Positions 18,873 through 26,840 of a stretch of 64,000 nt of DNA are shown piece after piece. Both the position numbers and the translations under genes were made by a program. Location: assembly GCA_034666125.1 (NCBI GenBank), contig JAXDML010000009.1, forward strand, positions 975 to 64,974, given 5' to 3'. Positions within the stretch are counted from its first letter, which is position 1, and every line of letters starts with the position of its first letter. The notes under the pieces are model-generated. The model was not told the origin of the DNA. It did no database searches and was given only the letters and a program-made list of their open reading frames with translations. The stretch comes from Candidatus Parcubacteria bacterium. Lineage in GTDB: Bacteria > Patescibacteriota > Minisyncoccia > Phycocordibacterales > Phycocordibacteraceae.

Positions 18873-19755
18873 GGAAGCGGTGGCGGACGAAGGCGAGGAC
18901 TGCGCCGAGGAGGAACAGCACTATCAGTATAGCGAGCCATGGTGAGCCGTACCACGGCGTCGGGTGCGTCGGCGGCAGGGTCACGATGCGCTCGTTACCC
19001 GCGCGATCGACCGCTTTCACATGCACGTACGAATGCAGTCCCTGGTCCGTAAGGCGGTAGGGGGATTCGGCGTGCGCAAAGTTCCCCGGACGCGCCGTGC
19101 GCGTTTCTCCGACTTCGTAGTGATCTACCCCCGATGCAAGGTCGTTCGCCGCGAAGGCGACGAAGAAAGCTCCATCGAAGATGTCCGTGGACGAGGCGAC
19201 CTCCGGTTCGAACTCTTCGGGTAGCGTCGTGTCGGGAACCGGTTCCACCTGCTCTTCCCCGCCTGCCTGTATCGTGAAAACGGCATCGCCAGTCGTTACC
19301 GCAACCATCGTCCCCTTCCCGTCGTTGAGGAACGCGCGGCCGGACGGACCGAGCGTCGCGCGCGCGGGCCCCTCATCGGTCGCCCGGAGCAGGAGCGTGT
19401 ACAGGGTCCCCGGATGCCCGCCTTCCCAGAACGGGCTCAGCACCCCGCGGAAGCCGCCGGGTATGACGCCCGAGAAGGAGCTTGCCTGCCCTCCGGCACT
19501 TGGCCGCTCTACCCAAAGCGGTACTATCGATCCTTCTTCCTGAACGCCCGTGACGGCGAGATTGTCTGACACGAGGACGGTCCCCTCGACGGCATTCACG
19601 TCCTCTCCTTCGGTGTCGAGCATAAGCGTGACCGATATGGTATCGCCGACATGCACCGTCCCCTCCGGAGCTTGGAGGTAGAGGCGCGCGGCGAAGGATG
19701 TCGCTGGCAGCGCAAGCAGCATGAGAAGTGCGACGATGAGAGATGAGTAGCGCAT
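18862..19755 (-). CDS. Secreted protein with C-terminal TM anchor
   Basis: Signal peptide; C-terminal TM. Confidence 0.5.
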   Translation of the reverse strand: MRYSSLIVALLMLLALPATSFAARLYLQAPEGTVHVGDTISVTLMLDTEGEDVNAVEGTVLVSDNLAVTGVQEEGSIVPLWVERPSAGGQASSFSGVIPGGFRGVLSPFWEGGHPGTLYTLLLRATDEGPARATLGPSGRAFLNDGKGTMVAVTTGDAVFTIQAGGEEQVEPVPDTTLPEEFEPEVASSTDIFDGAFFVAFAANDLASGVDHYEVGETRTARPGNFAHAESPYRLTDQGLHSYVHVKAVDRAGNERIVTLPPTHPTPWYGSPWLAILIVLFLLGAVLAFVRHRFHAR

Positions 19756-19757
19756 AG

Positions 19758-20672
19758 CTAGCCTGTCCAGTGGTACGCCATGATGCTGAAGTCGACCAGG
19801 TTCACGACGCCATCACCGTTCAGGTCGGTCGTTGATGGCGGGCCGGACTTCTTGAACCAGAAGGCGAGGATGGAGAAATCGACAATGTTGATGCGGTTGT
19901 CGCCGTTCAGATCGTTCTCTCCTGCGGCCGCCCCCGGTAGTGCGTTCTCGCCGACGCTGAATACGGCAGTGTTCGAGAGCCCGCTCACGGTCCCTGAAAT
20001 GGTCGTGCGCGACTGCGCCTCGTGGCGTCCGTCCTCGAGCAGGTCGGTCAGGAAGGTGTAGGCATAGATGCCTGCCGCGTCGGCTGCAGCGACAAAGGAG
20101 AGTTTGTTTACGGAGTTCACGGTGATCGACACATTGCCGGACGGCGCGGTCTGGCCGAGGATCGTGATGGGCTCGCCGCGCGCGACAGTGCTGCGGTTCA
20201 CGGCGATGGTCGGCGCGATGAATATGCCCGACACGGTCGTGATGAGGTCGGTGGTCACGCTGATCGGGAAGGACTGCGTGGCCGAACGGACGCCGTTGCG
20301 GTCGGTCGAGTAGAGGCCGTACGTATGGTTCCCGGGCGCGACGTTCTGGAGCGTAAAAGAGAAGGTCGCATCGCTTCCGGCGATGCTCGAGCCGCGGCGG
20401 GAGCCCTTTTCAAGGATGGTCACGGTGCTTCCGGGGTACGCGCGCCCGGAGAAGACGACCGTCGCCTTGCCTTTGGGAACGGCGCCGCTTCCCCCACCCC
20501 CTCCACCCCCGCCACCACCACCACCACCACCACCGCCCGAAGGAGCGCCAGGGACGGTCGCGGTGATGGTCACGCTCTGCTGCACCGACTGGCCGTAACT
20601 GGTGATCGGTACGACGCCGAGCAGGAGGACGAGGCCTAGGAGCGCGGCTGCTGTGCCTTTGCGATGATCCAT
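19758..20672 (-). CDS. Secreted beta-rich protein with a 16-residue poly-Gly linker and a C-terminal dockerin-like module
   Basis: Signal peptide. G16 run. Two dockerin-type Ca-binding repeats (DLNGDNRINIVDFSILAFWF and DLNGDGVVNLVDFSIMAYHW). Confidence 0.55.
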   Translation of the reverse strand: MDHRKGTAAALLGLVLLLGVVPITSYGQSVQQSVTITATVPGAPSGGGGGGGGGGGGGGGGSGAVPKGKATVVFSGRAYPGSTVTILEKGSRRGSSIAGSDATFSFTLQNVAPGNHTYGLYSTDRNGVRSATQSFPISVTTDLITTVSGIFIAPTIAVNRSTVARGEPITILGQTAPSGNVSITVNSVNKLSFVAAADAAGIYAYTFLTDLLEDGRHEAQSRTTISGTVSGLSNTAVFSVGENALPGAAAGENDLNGDNRINIVDFSILAFWFKKSGPPSTTDLNGDGVVNLVDFSIMAYHWTG

Positions 20673-21592
20673 CGGTTATACCGGCGCAGGCCGTGGCGAA
20701 GGAGCGGGAGCAGCAGGACGATCACCACCAGGACGATGAGCAGGAGGTGCCAGGGGAACATGAAGACCCAGGCGGAGTCGCTCGCTTCTCCGTCGACACC
20801 GTACGCTAGAGCGAGCTTCGCACGATAGGGACCGAAAGCGAAGTGCTTCAGTTCATAGCCAGCTGCGGCGAAGAAGCCGGACGGGCGCGCTTCCGCCGTG
20901 TCTCCCCAGGAGGTCTCGAACTTGCGTACGCTTCCGGGAAGCACGTTCCCTTCTCCGGGGTTGGCGGGAATCACCCCCTTCTTGAGGCCTATGAGATTCC
21001 GGATGACGACTTCGCCGCGCGGATTCACGCGGTCGCCACCGTTATTGGTGAAGCGGTATGAAAAGCCGGCGGGCAGGCTCACGTTGAAGAATCCGTCCGC
21101 GGCAAAGTCCGACACGCCGCCGGCTTCGGATACGTCCCCCGAAACCCGGAGGAGGAGGAGCACGCCGACCTTCGCGCCGATCGACACCTGCGCGTCGCCC
21201 GGTGGTACGGTCGAAAGGAAGATGGCTGCGAAGTGCCCGCCCGCGTCGGCGTCGGCCGGAATGGCGATGCTGAATGCCACGGCCTGCTTCTCGCCTTGCG
21301 CGAGCGTGACCTCCGAAGGGACCGATACCCAGGAAGCAAGGCCCGTATCGCCGTCCACGAAGTTCGGCGTGCCGGTCTCGCCGCGCGCCTCGAAATTCTG
21401 GGCGGACGTGTAGAAGGTCCGGCTTCCCGTTTCCTCGTTGAGGAGGACGAACTCGCCCGTGACGGTCGTTCCGGGGTCGCCCGTAAGCTCCATGCGCGCC
21501 GGCGCGATGGTCAGCGCCTGCGCGACGCTCGAAAATGCGAAGAAGAGCGCCGCCGCCGCGATGAACGGCTTAGAAGTTAGCCGTCGCGACAT
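20636..21592 (-). CDS. Secreted protein with C-terminal TM anchor
   Basis: Start set at MSRRL with a signal peptide; C-terminal TM (HLLLIVLVVIVLLLPLL). Confidence 0.5.
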   Translation of the reverse strand: MSRRLTSKPFIAAAALFFAFSSVAQALTIAPARMELTGDPGTTVTGEFVLLNEETGSRTFYTSAQNFEARGETGTPNFVDGDTGLASWVSVPSEVTLAQGEKQAVAFSIAIPADADAGGHFAAIFLSTVPPGDAQVSIGAKVGVLLLLRVSGDVSEAGGVSDFAADGFFNVSLPAGFSYRFTNNGGDRVNPRGEVVIRNLIGLKKGVIPANPGEGNVLPGSVRKFETSWGDTAEARPSGFFAAAGYELKHFAFGPYRAKLALAYGVDGEASDSAWVFMFPWHLLLIVLVVIVLLLPLLRHGLRRYNRWIIAKAQQPRS

Positions 21593-22646
21593 AGTTGAGG
21601 CTCGCGGTGTAAGTACCTGCCTCGGTCGTCGGTGCGATGTTGGCGATATAGTGGAGCGAATAGGTCTCGGTTGCGGTTGCGGAGCTTCCTGTCGCGAAGG
21701 TCGCTGCCGCGCCTGCGGTGCCGTCGTACCCGAAGGAAGAGCCGGTTGCATAGGTCGGGTCAATTGTACCATTAACGCCGCCGGCCTTCGTGGTGTAGAT
21801 GCCGAACTGCTCGGTACCGGTGCTCGAGGTAGCGGGAGTCGAACCGTTGGCGGTGATGGTGTTACCAGCGTTCTGCTGGCTGGTGAGCGTCGCGCCCTGC
21901 ACGCTGACTGAATACCCGGACGGCGCGTTCGTCGCCACCGCGAGCGTGTGCGCGACCACGTCGGAACCGGAACCGGTCGAAGTGTTCGCGTAGCGCGCGT
22001 TCCCCGAGTCGAGCGTACCGAAGGAGATCGAGTTCGAGTTGACCGCGAAGGTGATCGACTGGTTGACCGTACCCGACACGACGACCGTATCGTCGGTAAG
22101 GAGCGTCGTCGTTATGTTGCCGGTGTCGCCGTTCACGTTCAGCGTGGTTACGTGACTCGCTGCGGTCGAGGCGTTGATCGAGTTCGTGCTGTCATACGTG
22201 ATGATACCCTTCTGGCCCGCCGAAAAGGCCGCGGCGCCGGTACCGTCGGTCGCGTTCGTAAGCGTGAGTATGCGGTTCTGGGTTCCGGAGAACACCGCTC
22301 CCCAGGCGGATGCCGAAGGCGACGCTGCCAAGGTCTCGGTCGATTCGGCACCGGTGGTCGCGCCGTGCGTGAACGTGAGCGAGGCGATCGTCTTGCTCGT
22401 AAAGTTGAAGTCGGACGGGAAGGTGATGACGATCGTCTGGCCTGCACCGGTAACGCCGGTTGGGGTGGTGAATCTGATGATGTGACTTGAAGCCGTACTG
22501 ATCTTGACCGACGACATGGTGTCGGAAAGGCCGGAAAGCGCTGCGGCTTCGGCGGATGGGCTATAAAATCCGCTGGTGAAGCACAGGACGGCTAGGGCGA
22601 GTACCGCGCCAAGGGCACGATTTGAAAGGAACTTCGGGAGTTTCAT
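21570..22646 (-). CDS. Secreted T/S/G/A-rich surface protein, C-terminus ..YVATANF (paralog A)
   Basis: Signal peptide. Paralogous to 22717..23703, sharing N- and C-terminal motifs. Confidence 0.5.
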   Translation of the reverse strand: MKLPKFLSNRALGAVLALAVLCFTSGFYSPSAEAAALSGLSDTMSSVKISTASSHIIRFTTPTGVTGAGQTIVITFPSDFNFTSKTIASLTFTHGATTGAESTETLAASPSASAWGAVFSGTQNRILTLTNATDGTGAAAFSAGQKGIITYDSTNSINASTAASHVTTLNVNGDTGNITTTLLTDDTVVVSGTVNQSITFAVNSNSISFGTLDSGNARYANTSTGSGSDVVAHTLAVATNAPSGYSVSVQGATLTSQQNAGNTITANGSTPATSSTGTEQFGIYTTKAGGVNGTIDPTYATGSSFGYDGTAGAAATFATGSSATATETYSLHYIANIAPTTEAGTYTASLNYVATANF

Positions 22647-22716
22647 GCCCCTATTATAGGGGTCTATGAAGACTTTATGAAAAGTTGCGATTCAAAGGTG
22701 GGGATAAGTCAAGTCC

Positions 22717-23703
22717 CTAGAAGTTGGCCGTAATGACGTATATAAGGCTGCCTGTATAGATCCCCGACTCGGTCTGCGGGGCGATGTTCGCCAGATATCG
22801 TGTGGAATACGTCGTATCCACGCCGTTCCCCGACGTGGCGCTCGCGACCTGGCTCGGCGTCGTGGCGTTGGCCGCATAGGCGAATCCGGAGGCTGCGTAC
22901 GGCGAGGTGACGGTGCCGACACCCCCGGTCGCCGTCATCCTGAGCCCGAATTGCTCGGTACCGGCCGCAGAAGCCGTATTCGTGCCCCCGATGGCGCTCA
23001 CCGTATAGATACCTGAGGTCAGGGTCGCTCCCTGGACCGTAAGGGTATACCCAGAACCTGCGGTCGTGTTCGCCACGATGGTGTGCGCCGCGATCTCGGT
23101 ACCCGAGCCGAGGGTGTCGCCGGTAGCATGGCGCGCCGCTCCCGAGGCAAGGGTACCGAAGCCGATGCTCGAATCCGAGATCGTGAAGGAGAGGGTCGGT
23201 CCCGTACCGACGGCAGTGCCGCATATCTTCGTCGCGTATGCGGACGTGTCTCCGGCGTGCGCGTTCGTGGCGGCCGTCATGGAACCGAGCGTCGTGTCCT
23301 GCCCCGTGCAATTGGATGCCTGGTACGAGACCGCCACCGTGCCGCCTGCGGGCACGGAGAGGCAGGCGTTCGTGCCGTAGTTCGCCTGCGTGTTCTGTTC
23401 GATGTGCGAGTTCGTATTTCCCGTGAGCTTCGCCACGGTGGCGTTCGTGCCGGTACACGTGTTCGCGAGTCCCGATACGCCGCTGCAGCACATCACCGAG
23501 TTCGCGTATCCTGCGGTCGACTGGCTCGGAAGCTCGGTGTGGGCGTTGCTTGCTCCCGACAGCCTGAGCGCGATGACGCTCGGCGACGTACATGCTGCGG
23601 CGGTCGTAACGGAGCACGAGAGCGTGCCCGCACGCACGGGGAAGGAGTAGCTTATAGCGAGGATCGAGATGAGAGTGGCGAGACCGAGGAAACGCGGCAT
23701 CAT
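22717..23703 (-). CDS. Secreted T/S/G/A-rich surface protein, C-terminus ..YVITANF (paralog B)
   Basis: Signal peptide. Paralogous to 21570..22646. Confidence 0.5.
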   Translation of the reverse strand: MMPRFLGLATLISILAISYSFPVRAGTLSCSVTTAAACTSPSVIALRLSGASNAHTELPSQSTAGYANSVMCCSGVSGLANTCTGTNATVAKLTGNTNSHIEQNTQANYGTNACLSVPAGGTVAVSYQASNCTGQDTTLGSMTAATNAHAGDTSAYATKICGTAVGTGPTLSFTISDSSIGFGTLASGAARHATGDTLGSGTEIAAHTIVANTTAGSGYTLTVQGATLTSGIYTVSAIGGTNTASAAGTEQFGLRMTATGGVGTVTSPYAASGFAYAANATTPSQVASATSGNGVDTTYSTRYLANIAPQTESGIYTGSLIYVITANF

Positions 23704-24707
23704 TGCGAGGTGCGTACGAAGACGCTTGGGATGGGGACCGCGGTGACTCCCGCGGCGCCTCCGGTGAACGTTGACGGGAGCGCTCCAAAGGTGAAAGCGA
23801 CGCTCCAGCCGAGGTTCGGCGCGGTGCCGAGCGCCGAGGGGTAGCCCAGGATCGGAACGAGCGAGGCGACGGCGAAAGTGCGGATGGTCGGAGCCGTCGC
23901 GTTCGTGACGTACGCGAGCCAGTACATGCCGGGGTCGAGCGTTACCGGCAGGCCGGTCGTATACGTCTTCACGCCGGTGGTCGCGCCCGACTGCGTACCG
24001 GCGTCAACGACGAGCGCCCCAGGATACAGGTTCCCGTTATCGGCGTAGATGCCGATGCGCGGCGTGCTTCCCGTGCCGAGGGTCGTCACGTTGATGGCCA
24101 TCTGGTCGATGGTCGTGATCTTGCTTATGACGAACGGGATCGCGAAGAGCGTGTTCGCGGCTGGTGCGCCGGTGGTGAGGGCGGTTCCGGTCACTTCGGC
24201 GGTGTACCACTGGTTAAGCGTCGAACCCTTGGTCCGGTACGCGGAGATATCGAAGTCGCGGCGCTGGAGGGTGCGCCAGTTCGTGCCATCGGATTGAAGC
24301 GTTACCGACTCGCCGCGCTGCGCGAGCTGTATCGTCAAAAGTCCGTCGATGGTCTCCGAAGCGTTCGGGTCGATCGTCACCAGGTTCGCGAGTGCCGCGT
24401 CGATCTTCTTTATGAAATACACCTGTTTGGGGGTGGTTGCCGAAGCTGCGGGAAGCGTGAGGGTGATCGCGCCCGAGGTCGCGTCCGCAAGAACGACGGT
24501 CTCGGTCGCGGTCAGGGTCGCGTTACCGGTCTTAGTGACCTGGTTGAGATCAAGGTCACTGAAGGCATGTCCCGGGTTCGGCGTCGTTGCCAGCACGAAA
24601 CGGACGATCGAGAACGTGATGCCGATAAGGAGTACCGCGCTCAACAGCACGTTGAGCGGCGTGACGAAACGGGAGGCCTTACTCGGCCGGAGGCGCATCT
24701 GGTGCAT
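23700..24707 (-). CDS. Membrane-anchored secreted beta-rich protein
   Basis: N-terminal TM (LNVLLSAVLLIGITFSIV). Confidence 0.5.
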   Translation of the reverse strand: MHQMRLRPSKASRFVTPLNVLLSAVLLIGITFSIVRFVLATTPNPGHAFSDLDLNQVTKTGNATLTATETVVLADATSGAITLTLPAASATTPKQVYFIKKIDAALANLVTIDPNASETIDGLLTIQLAQRGESVTLQSDGTNWRTLQRRDFDISAYRTKGSTLNQWYTAEVTGTALTTGAPAANTLFAIPFVISKITTIDQMAINVTTLGTGSTPRIGIYADNGNLYPGALVVDAGTQSGATTGVKTYTTGLPVTLDPGMYWLAYVTNATAPTIRTFAVASLVPILGYPSALGTAPNLGWSVAFTFGALPSTFTGGAAGVTAVPIPSVFVRTSQ

Positions 24708-26199
24708 CGTTTTCTAATGGTACTACGGGCTCCGGCTCGGGTTCCGGGCTCTCAACAGGCGGCCCCGGATCCTCGTCCGGCGGTACCTCGATCACCGGCA
24801 CCGGAGAAGGCTCCCCTTCTGCGGGCGGGACCTCGGACGTGGTCGACGCGGTCGAGGACGCAAGACGTGCCGCGAGTATGCCCGGGATGTCCTCAGGGAG
24901 CGCGACGGTGACGAGCGTCTGGCCGAGGGAGCCGCGCGCTATGCACTGGGACAGGTACAGATTGCTGCAGTGCCATTTCTGCGTGGTGTTAACGAGCATG
25001 AAGCGCCCCGGGAAAAGCGTTTTCGCTTCGAGAGCGACCGTGCCGTCGTCCCCGACGATAGCCGCGTACACGTTCGACGCTTCCGGTGCGGTATCCGGAT
25101 CATCGAGCCAGTACACCTGGACGGCGCTACGGGGCTCCGAACTGCTGATGACCATGAGGTCCGTCATGGCATAGAGGTCCTTGTCGGCGAAGAAGCGTGT
25201 CACGGCAAGCGGATCGTAACCAACGCGCAGCTCCATCCCGTCGAGGTACACCGGCGGCGCGCCGTCCAGGGTCGCGCTGCTCCGCACGCTTATCTGGAAG
25301 CTCGACAGATTGGTCCAGGACGTCTCGGGCGGGACCGGGATAGAGAAGGTCGTCGGCACGACGTGCTCCTTGTCGAACGTGCCGAGCGAATGCCAGGTGG
25401 TGCCGTCGAGCGTGTAGCGGACCTCGATGAAGGCCGCGTTCGGAAGGACCACGGGCACCTCTTCGGGCGGCGCGGGTCCGTCCGGAAGCGGATCCGGTTC
25501 GGGGGCCGGAGGCTCTTCCTCCTGCGCATATGCGGTGGCGACGAGACGTTTCAGCAGCGACACGGGACCCGGGTCTGCGGCAGGCTCAGGAGTGGATTCA
25601 GGAGCGGTATCTGCCGGTTCTTCAACGGGCGGCTCCGCAGGCGGAGCTGGAGGTTCTTCCGATGCCGGAGCCTCTTCAAGAGGCGTGTCCTTGGGCTCGA
25701 TAAGCTCGAACGACGGCTCACTCCCTGCGGGGGCATCGAGCACCTCCCGGCTCGACGAGGCGAAATCCTCTCCCGAAACGACCGGCGGGTCCTCCGCTCG
25801 CTCAGTGCTCCATGCGAGGAGAAGCGTGAGGGTCTTCGGCTCCGTCCCCGGAGGGATATCCGCGGTGAAGCCGCCGCAGAATATCTCGGACACCGTGTCG
25901 GCAGGCAGGATCGCCGAGGATCCTTCGGCGAAGGCGTGCAGGTTCGATGCGTCTTCGGTCAGTTCGCCCTGCGCGCGCTCGGGATTGTCCCATCCCCCGA
26001 GGCAAGCGCTCGGGTACAGGGTCAGCGTCTCTGCGTTCAATACGGAACGTATGAAAAGGAAGCTTGAGCCGCCGGCGAGGACCAGCATGGTGACCGAAAA
26101 GACCACGAAACGCCTCGAGAGACGCCGCGTACGTGCAGGAATAGAGGGCTGGATATCGTGATACAGCCGGCTCTTAGGTCTTCGGCGGAAGAGACTCAT
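24679..26199 (-). CDS. Membrane-anchored Pro/Glu-rich surface protein (506 aa)
   Basis: N-terminal TM; long P/E/A-rich low-complexity region. Confidence 0.5.
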   Translation of the reverse strand: MSLFRRRPKSRLYHDIQPSIPARTRRLSRRFVVFSVTMLVLAGGSSFLFIRSVLNAETLTLYPSACLGGWDNPERAQGELTEDASNLHAFAEGSSAILPADTVSEIFCGGFTADIPPGTEPKTLTLLLAWSTERAEDPPVVSGEDFASSSREVLDAPAGSEPSFELIEPKDTPLEEAPASEEPPAPPAEPPVEEPADTAPESTPEPAADPGPVSLLKRLVATAYAQEEEPPAPEPDPLPDGPAPPEEVPVVLPNAAFIEVRYTLDGTTWHSLGTFDKEHVVPTTFSIPVPPETSWTNLSSFQISVRSSATLDGAPPVYLDGMELRVGYDPLAVTRFFADKDLYAMTDLMVISSSEPRSAVQVYWLDDPDTAPEASNVYAAIVGDDGTVALEAKTLFPGRFMLVNTTQKWHCSNLYLSQCIARGSLGQTLVTVALPEDIPGILAARLASSTASTTSEVPPAEGEPSPVPVIEVPPDEDPGPPVESPEPEPEPVVPLENDAPDAPPAE

Positions 26200-26273
26200 T
26201 AGAGGTACAGGGAAAGGCTTCCCTAGTAAAAGTGTAGCACTCGCTTCATGAAGCTTCCGAACTTCCCTTTCAC

Positions 26274-26840
26274 CTATAGACCGCTCGCGATGATGCCGTT
26301 ATTTACCCTGGCGATATAGGTTTTTCGTCCGTTCTCGACCGCCGCAAGCGCCTCCTTCCCGTAGTCGCAGAATGTCCCCGGCATCTCGCCCGCGTCGAGT
26401 CCTAGGATGTGGAGCACGCGGAGAGCCGCCAGGCACTCCGCCGCGTCCTGTTCCTCCTCCGGAAGTTTCGCGAGCGCGTCCGCGAACGAGAGCGCTTCCG
26501 TGTAGAGACGCGGTTCGGCCTCCTCCCCATGCGACAGACGCTGCATGAGTTCCGAGACGCGGGCGAAGCGTTTGCGGCTCTCGAAGGAGAGTTCCTTCGA
26601 CCAGTCGCGGAGCGAAAGCGCCCCCGCGAGGCGCCAGCCATCCTTCGCACGTATGAGCGCGATGTTGCTTTCCATCAGGGTCTGGAGCCCGGCAGCCATC
26701 TTCGAGCCCGGCTTCCGGAGTCCTGCCGTGCGCGCCCGGATGATCCCGAAGTCCGGAGTCGCGAGCACGACCGAGGCGTCGTGCTCCTTCACGGGATGGC
26801 GCGCGAGCACGAGGACCTCCGTACGGTACTTATGCTGCAT
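26274..26840 (-). CDS. recO: RecO-like recombination mediator (short, 188 aa)
   Basis: N-terminal OB-fold pattern typical of RecO (EVLVLARHPVKEHDASVVLATPDFGIIRARTAGLRKPGSKMAAGLQ). No zinc finger. Confidence 0.55.
   Translation of the reverse strand: MQHKYRTEVLVLARHPVKEHDASVVLATPDFGIIRARTAGLRKPGSKMAAGLQTLMESNIALIRAKDGWRLAGALSLRDWSKELSFESRKRFARVSELMQRLSHGEEAEPRLYTEALSFADALAKLPEEEQDAAECLAALRVLHILGLDAGEMPGTFCDYGKEALAAVENGRKTYIARVNNGIIASGL

Noticed and set aside
20494-20540. C5 tracts and (CCA)7 repeat as a phase-variation switch
   Set aside because: The trinucleotide repeat is in frame and encodes the poly-Gly linker. Length changes would not shift frame, and the C5 runs are short. No evidence of on/off switching.
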